From Chiloscyllium plagiosum (taxonomy: Eukaryota), in contig NC_057747.1 of NCBI RefSeq assembly GCF_004010195.1, forward strand, positions 3,478,345 to 3,542,344: a DNA stretch of 64,000 nt, read 5' to 3'. Positions 11,388 to 24,410 of this stretch are shown in pieces (positions within the stretch are counted from its first letter, which is position 1; every line of letters starts with the position of its first letter). The translations under genes were made by a program, and so were the position numbers. The notes beneath the pieces were generated by a model. That model was not told the origin of the DNA and did no database searches. It worked only from the letters and a program-made list of their open reading frames with translations.

Positions 11388-12589
11388 TGTTACAAAGGTA
11401 GCTAAGTATTCTTCTTCTTTAAATGGGGTGGGAAGAGGGATGAAGTGGGTACATGACGACAACAAATAGGTTTAGCACAAGTTACAGTCAGTGGGTCTTA
11501 CTGGTTCAATCTCTAGTAAAGCCCCTCACGAGCTGAGCTTCTGTAGTTAAACTATCAGGCACAGTGAACTGTCCAGCCACAGTTTAAACAAATGCAATCC
11601 TTTATTCCATGCACTGCTGTGAGAGTTTTGATGAGGGTTACAGGATTGATTTTTCCTAATATCACTCCTGCTGTGGTGCCTCTATTTGGGAATGCACATT
11701 CTCTGCAATGTTTCCTGTAATTTTCTGAATGGAACAATTGTGACTGACCTCTTGTGTTATCCGTAAAGTCTTCAAATCTAACTACAGACACCAGATGGTA
11801 GAAACAAAACTATGATCAAAAGATTGAATCTGTTTATATGCAGTGAGTGAGACAATTAAATATGATTTAAAAGAAGTATGATTCTCATTCCAAATAAGTG
11901 GGGTTTGGTAAATCTGCGCACAGAAAGGTGAAGGCTCAAGATTCAATAATGTACCATGACTTTCCCTGGACCAAGAAATCTGTCCCATCAGCTTCCAGGC
12001 AGGATCTGATGCCAATTTTTGTTCCGCCCATAGAAGTTTGAAACCTCCTAGGACCTGAGTGTGAGAAATGATTGGCGTGTAAGTGAGAGTCCTGGGGTGA
12101 AGAGAGAGAGGCTGTGACTCATGCTCCAGACTGTGATTTAAATACTTACAGACTTTTCTTCAATTCTGTGACCCTGAAATGCTTCTCTTGAACCTGAACC
12201 GCAGGTTAAGTAGAGAGAACTGCAACAGCTGCACAGCCCACAACAATGTTTATCGATGACTTGTGAAAATGTGTGTTAGATAATGCGCTCTGGGGTGATA
12301 TGTGACTAGAAGGAACTGTCCTACCTCATTCTAGATAGTAATCAAAGATGTTCAATTTGCTTTTCAACATTGGATTTTTCCCAACTGCCAACCTTCTGTT
12401 AATGCCAGCTACCTCGATGTCTCTATATTAACATAAGTCTTCTCTGTTTTCCTCTCTGTGACAAACTTTCTTTAATATTAGTAACCATCTCTCCCTTGTT
12501 CATCTCATGCCTGCTGTTATCTTTCTCTCTCCATCTTTCTCTGCCTTTCCTGCCCTACAATAAGCTCAAAGGCAGAGAATCATATTGGG

Positions 12590-13205
12590 GCCTTACCAGA
12601 CTTTATTGGAAACTTATTAGACCACACTTGAAATATTGCAAGGGGCTTCAAGGATGTCTTGGCTTTGGAGTGGGTCCAGAGGACGTTTACAAGAATCAAC
12701 CGAGGAATAAAGGGCTTGCCATATGAGGACTCTGGGTATGTCTGGATGGAGTTTTGAAGGTTGAGGTGGGATCCAATTGAAACTTACAGAATACTGAGAT
12801 GCCTGGATAGAGCAGATGGGGGAGAACATGTTTCTAATAGTAGGAGAGACTACGACCCAAGGGCACAGCCTCAGAGTGAAGTGGCATCCTTTGAGAATTG
12901 ATCCAGAGGGTAATGAATCTGTGGATTCCATGAAAATGTTGACAGTATTCCAAATGTGGTCCGATAAGTTGCCAATTAAGTCTGATAAGCTTTTCTGTCT
13001 TTGAATTCATTGCCACAGATGCCTGATGAGCCCAAGTGATTCAGTGTATTCAAGATAGAGATAGATAGGTTCTTGATTAGTAAGGGGATCAAACGTTACA
13101 AGGAGAAGGCAGGAGAACATGGTTGAGAAACAAATCATCCATGATCGAATAGCAGAGCAGATTCGATGGGCTGAATGGCCTAATTCTGCTCCTATATCCT
13201 ATGGC
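12590..13205 (+). mobile_element. CR1-clade LINE 3' part, degenerate
   Basis: LYWKLIRPHLKYC, MFLIVGETTTQGHSLRV, and 3' tail GGGCTGAATGGCCTAATTCTGCTCCTATATCCTATG. Confidence 0.82.
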
Positions 13206-13384
13206 CTAGTCAGGCCTGTCACTTGGAATTTCGGTGACATGGACCTTAAAATTCGGGCTGTGATTTACAAATCTTAAGTTGGCTTTCATCACTTTTTCCA
13301 GAGAGCTTCATGCAGGATATGATTTGCTGCTGTTAATATCACAGAGGCCAGCTGCATCCCATCTTTCGTTAGTCTCAAGTCTTT

Positions 13385-15400
13385 TGATAAGACCATGGCC
13401 AATCTGATCGTTGTATTATCTCCACTTTCTTATTTGTGCTCCAGTACCTTTCATTCCCTTACCCACCAAATGTTTGGTGTCAACTTTAAAGAAAAAAACA
13501 TACAATGTGGAAAACTTTAGGCATAAACCAGAGGATTGCAAAACATTTTTTTTAAACAGATCACAATGATGAAAAACAAAGAGGGAGAAAACAAACTTTG
13601 AAGGCAAACTAACAAGTAATATATAAACAGATAGTAAGAGCTTCTTTAAATGTACAAAACAGGAAGAGTGAGGCCAAAGCTTGGGCTCCTTAGAGGATGA
13701 GCCTGGGGAAAGTATAATTGTGAACCAGGAAATGGAAAAGGAGGTTAATAAATAAATTGCAGCAATCTTCAGGTAGAAAACAATCATGTCATATCAAAAA
13801 CTATTACATAATCAATGGACAAAAGCTGGGAAAGGAAAAAAATACAATAACTACCACTACAGAAAATGTATAAGGGAAATCTAATGTTGGATTTGATGAG
13901 TCTTAGGATATTAAAAGATAGTGGATGCACAGGAATAATCATCCATGGATCCTTGGATTCATGAAAAATCAAAGAGGATTGGAAAGCTGCTGGTGAAATG
14001 TCTTTCTTTTCAAAAAAAGAAAGGAGATAATAACAGGCAACTACAGGCCAGCTAGCTTAATTTCTGTCTTTGTGAAAATGCTAGAATCTATTGTAAAGGA
14101 TGTAACAGCAAAGTATTTAGAAATGCATAACATAATCAAGCAGAGTCTGCATTGTTCCACTAAACAAAAACCATGACCGACAAATATATTAGAATTCTTT
14201 GATGATGTAACAATGGCATAGGTCAAGGGAACCAGTAGATATTCCACATTTGGATTTCTAAAAGACATTTAATCAAATATCCGGCACAAGAATTATCCTC
14301 ACGTCCTTCTTCAAAGAAAGGCATAATTCCTAAATTATATTTGTGTTGCCTAGTTTTATCTCCACTACTAAAGGAAGTATCCACTCACAATCTACCTTTC
14401 AAATCCTCTCACGATCTTATGTGTTTCAGTAAGATCACCTCCCATTCTACAAAACTCTAAGGGTAAAGGTCCAATGTTTTTCCTCATGAGAGAAGCCATT
14501 TATCTCAAGAACTAGTTGAATAAACCCTCTCTGAACAGCTTCTAATGCAATTATAATTAAAAAAAAAATAAATGGCCAAAAATGTACATAATACTGCAGA
14601 AGCAGTCTCACCAAGACCCTGTAAGGTTGCACTAAAATTTCTGAATTTGCATATTCCACTCCCTTGTTTTAAGCAATGACATTCCATTTACCTTCCTCGC
14701 TATTTGCTGTACCCATTTTTATCAACATTTTGTGATTCATGTACAAGGGTGCTCTCTATTTAAATAATTTGATTTGATTCATTTATTTATTATCATGTGT
14801 ATTTATTACAAAATACAGTGAAAAGCATTTTACCATGTTGCCACTGTCCAGTGTCATCTTAAAACATAGAAAAATAAACTAAAACATAGAATAGAAAGGT
14901 AGAAGAATAACGAAATAAAGAAAAGGTATTCAGCTTTACAGTCCTTCTTGTTAAATAACATGCTACCATTCAGTCCTTCTTGCCAAAGTTGACAAGTGCA
15001 TGTTTGCCTTCAATATAGTCCATCTGCAAAATTTACTTTCCAACTTATTCTGGTGTCATCTGTAAATTTAGCTATTGTGTCTTCATCCTTCATCAAAGTA
15101 ATTGATATAGATTTGTAGGTGTCAAAGGTTGTTAAACTTTCCTTGTGACAATTTGCCAAATAAAACCTGACCCATTATCCCTACTGTTTGCCTTCTGTTA
15201 GCTAACCAATCCTTTATCAATGCTAAAATCATAGATTTACCATATGATGTTGCCCTGTGTAGTAACCTTTGAGGCAGCACCTTATGAAAAATCTTTTGAA
15301 AACCAAGAACGCCACATCTACTGGTTCCTCTTTAGCCACTTTATTTTTTACTTCCTCAGAACACCATAAATTAATGGAACACTATTTCTCTTGCCTGCTT
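13385..15400. mobile_element. Old CR1 LINE segments in both orientations: 3' end on minus (~13385-13490), RT-proximal piece on plus (~13500-14290), RT to 3' piece on minus (~14290-15400)
   Basis: Plus strand shows NYRPASLISVFVKMLESIVKD...LEFFDDVT. Minus strand shows PYRVLVRLLLQYYVHFW...LEAVQRGF. Confidence 0.75.
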
Positions 15401-15469
15401 ATGTAATGATTTTATTTTATTGCTCAGCACCATTCATGACGCGTCAGATATTGAAGAAGCCCATGTGCA

Positions 15470-16050
15470 TGTGAATGTAAGACCTGGATAATATCCAGTC
15501 TTGGGCTGATAACATTTGTCACACACAAGTGCCAGGCATTAACCATCTCCAGTTAGAGAGAAGTTAATCATCACTCCTTGATGTTCAATATCAGTGTGTC
15601 AATTTTGAATCCTTGGAGTTATTATTGATCGGAAATTGAATTGAAAGTACCATATCAGTACTATGGCTACAAGGGCAGATCAGAGGCTAGGAATTACATG
15701 GTAAGTAACTCACCTCCCGCCTCCTCAATACTTTTCCACCATCTAGAAGGCACAAGCCTTAATGTGATGGAACACTCTACTTTTGCCTGCAGTGGGGCAG
15801 TTTCAATAACTTAAGAATCTCAACACCATCCAGGACCAAACTGCCTGCTTGTTTGGCAACCTATTTATCAACTTCAACATTCACTCCTGTCACCGCCAAA
15901 GCACAATGGCAACACAGTGTACCATCTACATGATACACTGAAGCAACTTACCAAACATCCCTCAATATTTACCTTCCAAATCTGCAACTTCTATTATCTA
16001 GAAGGACAAGGACAGCATGGCATGAAAGTGCCCCTCTGAACCGCACATTA
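15470..16050 (+). mobile_element. Decayed L2/CR1-group LINE 3' region
   Basis: gacctggataatatccag...cacacaagtgccaggca...ccatctagaaggcacaag...; the same family occurs at 51050-51630. Confidence 0.6.
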
Positions 16051-16057
16051 TACTAAC

Positions 16058-16160
16058 TTGATGTGGAGGTACCGGTGTTGAACTTGGGTGGACAAAGTCA
16101 GAAGCCCAGTATATTTGAAATCACAAGCATTCGGAGCGCTGCTCCTTCGTCAGATGAACA
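16058..16160 (-). mobile_element. Penelope-derived pLTR fragment, family B
   Basis: Revcomp CTGACGAAGGAGCAGCGCTCCGAATGCTTGTG...CAACACCGGTACCTCCACATC matches 40211-40333. Confidence 0.7.
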
Positions 16161-16164
16161 CTTC

Positions 16165-16500
16165 ACTTCTCCAGCAAGGAAATTCTAAAGACTCTTAAAA
16201 ATCTCCTTTGTTTTTCTCTTAAATGAGCAACCCCTTCATTTTAAACAGTGGCCACTCATTCAAGATTCTTCCATAAGAGGAAACATTCTCTCTACATCCA
16301 CTCTATTGAAACCTCTTAGGATCTTATATGTCTTAATCTCGTTACTCTCCTTACAGTCCTGTGGATACCAGCTTTGCTGTCCAACATTTTCTCTTTCGAC
16401 AACCCAATCCTTCTAGGTATTAGTCTAGTAAACCTTGTCTGAAACATTTTCAACCCATTTTCATCTCTCCTTAACTGAAGAGACCAATACTGTACACAGT
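16165..16500 (-). mobile_element. CR1-clade LINE 3' fragment
   Basis: CVQYWSLQLRRD...TRFTRLIP. Confidence 0.75.
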
Positions 16501-16839
16501 CCTGTATCTGGCCACAGAGAAAATCAGAGGAGCTGAACCATAGCCCCAGATCCCTGCCAGAATCCACGGAGTTGAGCACCTAACACTCCAACCACTTTAA
16601 CAACTGAGTGAGTTCCTGGGCTATTTCAGAGGACAGTTAAAACTGCCATTGATCACACAAGAGTCAGACTGGGTAAAGAAGGCAAATCTCCTTCCTGAAC
16701 AGACATTAGCGAAGGATTAACAGTTCAGTAATTCATGTCACCATTACCAATCATAGCTTTTTCTTTCATATCTATTTAGTTCACTGAATTTAAATTCACC
16801 CCCTCCCACAATTATGGATTCAAGTCTGAACCAATCCTT

Positions 16840-17312
16840 GAGTGCAGAAATTACAATTGATGCTCTATTGCAGTACTGATGGAGCACTGCACTATCTTGC
16901 AGTTGAAATGCTACATTAAAATCCATCTGCCCTCTCATGTGGGCGTACAAATCTCAACTAAAAAACTGGATAAACTCAGCAAGACTGGCAGCATCCACTG
17001 GGGAGAGAAATGGTATTTCAACTCTTGGCCTCTTGATTTGGAATAAAATTTCAAGGCATTAGTTCAAAGAAGAGCATGAGAGTTATCTCTGGTATCATAG
17101 GCAATACTTAGCCTTCAATCCACATAAAGTAAACAGATTATCTGTTCATTATCACATTGCTGTTTGTGGGACCTTGCTGTGTGCAAATTAGCTGCTGTGT
17201 TCCCTACATTAAAATAGCGACTACACTTCAAAAAGCACTTAATTGGTTGTAAAGTGTTTTGTGATGTCCTGTGGTCATGATAGGTGTGATATAAATGCAA
17301 ATCCTTCCTTTT
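16840..17312 (+). mobile_element. Deu-domain SINE (SacSINE1/AmnSINE1-like) with a nested short insertion at ~16955-17040
   Basis: ATTATCACATTGCTGTTTGTGGGACCTTGCTGTGTGCAAATTAGCTGCTGTGTTCCCTACATT...ACTACACTTCAAAAAGCACTTAATTGGTTGTAAAGTG is the Deu-SINE core and tail as recalled. Confidence 0.75.
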
Positions 17313-17755
17313 TCAAATCAACAAACATAAAATCTTCCATGAACCAGCACAATCGGGAGGTGTAATAAAATGTAATAAAATGTGATTGTTTTCTTTCTTT
17401 GCATTAACAATTATTGTTTGATGTATTTAAAACTTGATAATCCTGGTGCAGTTTTATTGATATAGTTATTGCTGAAAATGGGTTGATCATAATAAATTTG
17501 AAGTTTTAATATGATTGTCAGGACCATCACATGTAAGTAACCAATTTTAAATCGAATAAAACAACATTTATAAGCTACGCTGAAACATTTACCAATTTTC
17601 TACACTTTAATAGTTTCTTAGTAATATATGTCTGTTTCAATTTTCTTTTTAAAAATTTATACAACATGTATCTGTGTGTCTAAAAAGAACTTAATATGAA
17701 GAACCTCCTCCACAAGATGCCCATCAATGGCAAATAGTCATGGTGACTGGTTCAG

Positions 17756-17854
17756 GGCTGATTCCTGATCAAGGGCTTATGGTCGAAACGTTGATTCTCC
17801 TGCCTCTTGGATGCTGCCTGAATGTTGTGCTTTTCCAGCAGCACACCCTTGACG
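17756..17854 (+). mobile_element. Solo Penelope pLTR fragment (family A) with a perfect 16-nt TSD
   Basis: ATTCCTGATCAAGGGCTTATGGTCGAAACGTTG...CTTTTCCAGCAGCACAC. ATGGTGACTGGTTCAG at 17740-17755 and 17855-17870. Confidence 0.8.
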
Positions 17855-17949
17855 ATGGTGACTGGTTCAGTCTAACAGCATGTCCAGGTTTGTGGGTATG
17901 ACCATTTTCCAAAGCAATTTTTAAAGAATACCAAAGATTGCAGAATTGG

Positions 17950-18420
17950 AGAAACAGAAAACAGGAATAAGCCCCTTGAGTCTAAATTGTCAATGAATAG
18001 ACTATGACTGATCTTTTACCTCCACACCATTTTCCTGCAGCATCCCCATATCCCAGACCAGAGAACGTAGGAATAAAATCCCACACCTTGTTGACTTTAA
18101 AATCTAGAAAGCTATCAATCTCTTGTCACTAATATATTCAATGATACAGCTGCCAAGGCTCTCCACAGTGGAAAATTCCAAAGAGTTTCTATGCTCTCAG
18201 TGAAGAAATTCTTCCTCAGCTCAGTCATAAAGAATCTCCCTCCTATTCTGCAACTCTGTCCCCTGATACTTGACCTTACCAACAGGGAATACATCCTTAG
18301 TTAATCTATCCTGTTGATCATTGAAAGAATGAGATTGCATCTACAAAACTCTAGAGAATACAGGCCCAGTCTCTTAATAGGATGGTCCTGCTACCCCAGT
18401 AATCCAACTGGAAACTTACT
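17950..18420 (-). mobile_element. Old CR1 LINE 3' end
   Basis: Reverse-strand CR1 motifs (gaagaaattcttcctcagctcagtc, ggaaaattccaaagagtt). Confidence 0.7.
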
Positions 18421-19084
18421 TAATACTTACTCTTAAAGTTCTTTGACATTTTACACTGGTTTAACTCCTTACAGGTCTTTCTAGTACCCTGTCTTCTGGA
18501 GAAATCTTGCTGATGAGTCTGCCTCTAAAAGCAGTCCTAATCATATTGACTTGTAAGGGGCTCTGATTCTAGCATTCCCCACTTAACAAAAGTCATAATG
18601 ACTGTATTCCCTACCTTCAAGGGATCCAAACGTTTGGCCAATCTTTTGAAAAACTAACACCTTCGATGCAGAGCTTTTTGAAAACATTTTCGGGGTTAGT
18701 TGAACTGAAGTTCTTCTCATTAAACTAAAGAAGTTTAAGATGAGGTCAAAAAGGAGTGGTCATGTTTTGAAGGCCATTGTTAAAAGAAATTTTGAAAACC
18801 TTTCCTACCGCTTAGTGACACAGGACCTATGGGGGTTGGTTAGATCAGTTGGCTATACAGCTGATTTGCGATGCAGAGTGATGCCAGAGATGCAGAGTGA
18901 TGCCAACAATGTAGGTTCAATTCTTGTATCAGCTGAGGTCACCATGAAAATCTTATCTCCACAACCTCGCACCTTGCCTGATGTATGGTTAACCTCTCAC
19001 GTTGTTTCTCTCTAATCATAGAGCAATGAGACTATGCCAACTTCCGTCTAAGATCATCACCGAAACAATGAACAGAAAATGTTT

Positions 19085-19550
19085 TCTGAGAGGTTTGTGC
19101 AAGGACTAGGGATGAGGAATTTAAGCTACGTAACAGATTAGAAAAGTTGAACTGTTTTCTTTGGCAAGGAGATGTGGTTGAAGTTTTCAAAATCATAAGC
19201 AGTCTGGACAAAGTCGATAGCGAGAAACATGTGTCACTCACACAAGGATCAAAAACAAAGGCAAAGGTTTAAACTGATTTGCAAAAGGAGTGAATGTGAG
19301 TTGAGAAAAAAGCTTTTTCACATAGCAAGTAGCTAAAGCATAAAACATATTGTCTGAAAATGTGGTGGAAGGCAGTGTCAATCGAGACATTCAAGAAGGC
19401 AGAGGTGATTATTTGAATAGAAACAATGTGCAGAGTTACAGGGAAATGTCAGTAGGCCAGTACTGAGTCATAATGTCCATTTGGAGAGTCAGTATAAACA
19501 TGATGAGCCAAATGGCCACCTTCTGTGGTGTAATAAATCTCTTTGATTCT
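19085..19550 (+). mobile_element. Old CR1 LINE 3' end
   Basis: agattagaaaagttgaactgttttct...gttttcaaaatcat...atgagccaaatggccaccttctg. Confidence 0.7.
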
Positions 19551-20208
19551 GTCTGTGCAAGAGAAACCTGCAGAATCAGTATCCATTGTAGATAGTAAAG
19601 GTGAAGTGGAGAAATAATCTGTTGAAGTGTTTCGAGATAAAGGGAAGGGGACTTGGTCTGAATATCTCTTTCACAAAGGTATTGTGGGCCAATGGCCTCC
19701 TTCGGCAAAACCCTATGATTCGACACTTCGATATCAGATAATTGGAATCCAGCAAAAACAAGGCACTGCTCTTGCACTGCATTGAAGCAAGGATCACTAA
19801 ACACTTTTTTTTTTCTCTTTTACATTGTTCTTCTTTCAAAGTGATGGATTGTCAAAAATCCTTTTTAACATCAAATTCATGGATTGCAAAACAATAAGTC
19901 GCCAAAACCTCAAAAACCTTCCCCTGTCTCATTCTACAGAGTGCCACCTGACAATCCCGCAGCTTTGAACCCAATAGCACTGCTCTGCAGCCGAAATATC
20001 CAGCCATCACCTGGCAGTTCGATTGTGTCCCATACTCTTTGACATACTCATCATCCCTGCACTGTCACTCTCTCGTTGCTGGTGACTGTGCAGCTGCAAA
20101 TATAACATGCAACCCCGGCACATGATCAGAAATGGGGCATAGCCACAGAGAAAATTTCCCAGGACAATGCTAAACTTTTGTCAGCATTCACCTTAAAGCT
20201 TCTCATTA

Positions 20209-20346
<138 letters not shown>

Positions 20347-20380
20347 TTATACACAATCGAGAAATCACTTCATTACTGTA

Positions 20381-20680
20381 GATGTACGCGTGTGTTACTG
20401 TGTCTCTGTCTCTGAGTGTGTTTGTGTATGAATCAATCTCACAGTATATCAGAAGTGTATATATTTGAGTGCATGAATGTAAGTGTGTAAAAATGCATTT
20501 GTGTCAGTGTGAGTGAATGAGTTTGAGGGTGATAGTGAGATTGTGTGGTGAATTTGTGAAAGTGAATGCAGATATGACACTTGAGAGTGCGCACCTGTGT
20601 GTAAGTACATGTGTTAATGTGAGTGTAAAGGTATACATTTGTGAGGATGAATGTGAGTAAGTGTGTGAGAATGAGCAAAT
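20381..20680. repeat. Degenerate (TG/TGAG)n low-complexity tract
   Basis: Direct inspection. Confidence 0.8.
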
Positions 20681-20751
20681 CTGTATCCCCACATGTGAAA
20701 GTTTTGTATCAGGCATGATGATGGTCTGACCAAAGCTCACATGTTCTTCAG

Positions 20752-20947
20752 TACAAAGTTAAAAATCACACAACACCAGGTTGTAGTCCAACAGGTTTAA
20801 TTGGAAGCACACTAGCTTTCGGAGCGATATCAGGTGATAGTCGCTCCAAAAGCTAGTGTGCTTCCAATTAAACTTGTTGGACTATAACCTGGTGTTGTGT
20901 GATTTTTAACTTTGTACACCCCAGTCCAACACCGGCATCTCCAAATC
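20752..20947. mobile_element. Fold-back Penelope-derived element, family B
   Basis: About 75-bp near-perfect inverted arms GTACAAAGTTAAAAATCACACAACACCAGG...GGAGCGA / TCGCTCC...GATTTTTAACTTTGTAC, plus a 3' tail. Imperfect TSD GTTCTTCAGTA / GTTTTTCAGTA. Confidence 0.8.
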
Positions 20948-21204
20948 GTTTTTCAGTAAACAGTCTCAGATAATCACTCTGATCAGTCTGTTTAATCTAT
21001 GGCACTAAGCAGAGCATAATAGATTAAACAATTAAGAGACCAGGAGAAAATATCATTAACTGACCAGTAATTAGACTGTTGATTAATAAATTGCAAATAT
21101 TTTATTATCTTGTGCTCTCTGCAAAGCACAAAGGAGACAAAGCCAAAGTAGAATGCAGTCCACGTGAGCTGTTAAATGAGTATAGTCAAATTATACACTG
21201 AAGG

Positions 21205-21415
21205 ACACGTGTGTACACATTGATACTGAGACACATGCAGAGATACATGCACACACATCCACACAGCTACACACTGAAACACAAGTGCACAAGCATCCAC
21301 ACAAACACACATACATATCCACACACAAAAATACACGACTGCACACACAACAGTTACCCAAGCTCGCTCATTCACTTTCTCACGCACACATATACACACG
21401 CACACACACACACAA
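21205..21415. repeat. Degenerate (CA)n tract
   Basis: Direct inspection. Confidence 0.8.
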
Positions 21416-21677
21416 TAGTTCAGTTAATAGCACTGTTGCCTCGTTTCTGCGTCAGGAGTTCTGATTAGACCCTCTGTAGTCATTTTAAATAAATTTTATT
21501 TAAATTGGTATCAGCCACACTCCAAGACAATAAATCTTAAGTCACATTAAGGAATGGATTTATAAAGGAGACAGCCAAAAGATTGTTGATAGTCAGGGGC
21601 CAGGTTCATGCAGAATGCTTGGAGTGTTGATGTCGAGGGCTATGGTTCCTCAGATACCAACTTACACCAGGCCTTGA

Positions 21678-21939
21678 AAGTAAAAACCATTACCAACACT
21701 CCATCGTGGTACTGAGGAGGTGTCAGCTTTTAAATGAGACATCTAACTGAGGTCTCACCTCCATGTGGCACTATCCAAAGTAATCTCCAGGCAACATCAT
21801 AAAAGCAAAAACCATTACCAACACTCCATCGTGGTACTGAGGAGGTGTCAGCTTTTAAATGAGACATCTAACTGAGGTCTCACCTCCATAGTAATCCTTG
21901 TGGCACTATCCAAAGTAATCTCCAGGCAACATCATAAAA
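21678..21939. repeat. Tandem direct duplication of a ~125-bp unit
   Basis: AAAAACCATTACCAACACTCCATCG...CAACATCATAAAA occurs twice. The copies differ essentially only by a 10-nt indel (AGTAATCCTT). Confidence 0.92.
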
Positions 21940-22006
21940 AAAAAACTGTAATTTATCACATTGTTATTTGTGGCACCTTCCGTGAGCAAATTGGCTGCTA
22001 TGTTTC

Positions 22007-22888
22007 ACAACCCTGCACCGCCCGTTTCTACCTCCTGCCCAAAATCCACAAACCTGACTGCCCCGGCCCCACCGAACTCATCCCTGCATACCTCAACACG
22101 GTCCTGTCCCCCTTAGTCCAAGAACTCCCCACCTATGTTCGGGACACCACCCACGCCCTCCACTTCTTCATGAATTTTCAGTTCCCTGAGTACCCTTCTA
22201 CTGACACCCTTCTTCGACTGACTGAACTGGTCCTCACCCTGAACAACTTCTCTTTCCAATCCTCCCACTTCCTCCAAACCAAAGGAGNNNNNNNNNNNNN
22301 NNNNNNNNNNNNNNNNNNNNNNNNNNNNNNNNNNNNNNNNNNNNNNNNNNNNNNNNNNNNNNNNNNNNNNNNNNNNNNNNNNNNNNNNNNNNNNNNNNNN
22401 NNNNNNNNNNNNNNNNNNNNNNNNNNNNNNNNNNNNNNNNNNNNNNNNNNNNNNNNNNNNNNNNNNNNNNNNNNNNNNNNNNNNNNNNNNNNNNNNNNNN
22501 NNNNNNNNNNNNNNNNNNNNNNNNNNNNNNNNNNNNNNNNNNNNNNNNNNNNNNNNNNNNNNNNNNNNNNNNNNNNNNNNNNNNNNNNNNNNNNNNNNNN
22601 NNNNNNNCAATCTTCTTCCCAACCTCTCCACCCCCACCCCCTCTCCGGCCTATCACCCTCACCTTAACCTCCTCCCACCTATCGCATTCCCAATGCCCCT
22701 CCCCCAAGTCCCTCCTCCCTATCTTTTATCTTAGCCTGCTTGGTACACTTTCCTCATTCCTGAAGAAGGGCTTATGCCCGAAACATCGATTCCCCTGCTC
22801 CTTGGATGCTGCCTGACCTGCTGCGCTTTTCCAGCAACACATTTTTCAGCTCTGATCTCCAGCATCTGCAGTCCTCACTTTCTCCTCC
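22007..22888 (+). mobile_element. 5'-truncated, internally deleted Penelope-like retroelement (RT fragment, gap, pLTR)
   Basis: ARFYLLPKIHKPDCPG...YVRDTTHAL...LVLTLNNFSF...FLQTKG is typical PLE RT. 12-nt TSD CTGCTATGTTTC at 21995-22006 and 22889-22900. N gap at 22288-22607. Confidence 0.9.
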
Positions 22889-24289
22889 CTGCTATGTTTC
22901 CTGTCAGGTCAGGCTGTGGGGGACATTGGGTGCACAGGGGAGGGCATTGGGTCAGGGATTTGATGAGTCAGGGGATTGTCACATGGGGAGTGCAGTTGGG
23001 TTGGGTTTAATCCAGCAGTTACCTAGTTGAAGTGAGGAGGATATAAGTTCAGGGGAGGGCTCCTGGTGAGAGGGATCCTGATAAACATGATTCACCACCA
23101 AAATTTTCAATATCCTTGCCAATTCCTTCTAATCCCAGTTGACGCTGCTCCAACAACCATCTGAATATCTGGGACTATACAAATATACATTGTTGTTGAA
23201 TGCTTCAAAAACTTAATTTGAACATGAATGAAGATGAAAATTTTCATTGATACAGCGCTTTTCATGACCTCATCACATCCTAACTTCTTTATAGCAAATG
23301 AATTGTTTTTGGAGTTGCTCACTGGTGTCACATAAAACAGCACAGTTACAGGCAGCCAGGAGTCAGAACCAGTCAGTAGCCAAAACAATCTGCATTACCC
23401 TGGGACCCTTATTAGCAAAACACAATGCAAACTACTTTACAAAGAAGTTCATGAGAACAATGCACAATGTGATATACAAGAGAGCTGTCAGGAGCAAAGC
23501 TTACCCAATAAAATTAGTCCTGTTTGTTTGTTTGTTTGACCTGATTTGGGTAATACCCTTTGACAGATTCCCTGACAATTGAGGCTGCTGTGGGTTTTAG
23601 CTCCCAGCTCCAAAGGCCATAAGGACTCTATATGGGTTGGGCTCTTGTTTGAAACCAGTAATTCAGAGAGTGAACACCAACTGACAGGACTAAGAGGCCA
23701 CTCCCATTCCAACTCAGTGACTCACAAGCAAGGCCTTCGTGCAGTTAGGTATAATCTTACAAGAACAATTAGACAGGCTGTTTAGAAAAATTGTGTATTC
23801 GTTTGTTTATACAGTAACCAAAGATGACTCTCTGTCACCTCTATTCTTCCAAGCTGGTTTTGTTTGCATCCACTGTCTGGTTTTAATCTCCAGTAAAACT
23901 GAACAGGTAAGCCCCCAATCCATTAGTATCCAGCTGGGACTGCCTCCCAGTTCATCTTGTCGATATAAGTTAGTGTTGAGCTGGACTCAATTGTCACTGA
24001 GTAACAGTAGACTTTCTTGGTGTCAAGCAATGTTCGCATTCTTGCTGCTTTGTTCTGTGACTATTTAGACACCAGCCCCTGAAACCTGAGGAGATCCATT
24101 TCTTCAGCCTTAGCTGCTTCTGACATAGCTTCTCCAGCCAAGAGTTCACAGATACGTTAATTGATTTCGTAAAGCTTGCAGTGCCAACTGCTCCTCATCC
24201 TGAAGCTGACACAGTCAACACCAGCGTCAGATCCATCAGAGTTATTTCAAGGAAATACTGTGCCACTTTCTGGAAATTTTTCTTGAAGG

Positions 24290-24410
24290 ACCTGGACATC
24301 GCTGGCCAGGCCGGCACGTATTGCCCGTCTCTAACTGCCCTTGAGAAGGTGGTGGTGAGCTGTCTTCTTGAACCGCTGCAGTGCATGTGCTGGAAGTAGA
24401 CCCACATTCA
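24290..24410 (-). mobile_element. L2-group LINE/SINE 3' tail fragment
   Basis: ggacatcgctggccaggccggcacgtattgcccgtctctaactgcccttgagaaggtggtggtgagc is the reverse of the tail at 51530-51615. Confidence 0.6.

Noticed and set aside
20752-20947. CRISPR array, terminator or pre-miRNA reading of the palindromes
   Set aside because: Eukaryotic context with no repeat-spacer periodicity. The arms match dispersed repeat termini and have TSDs.
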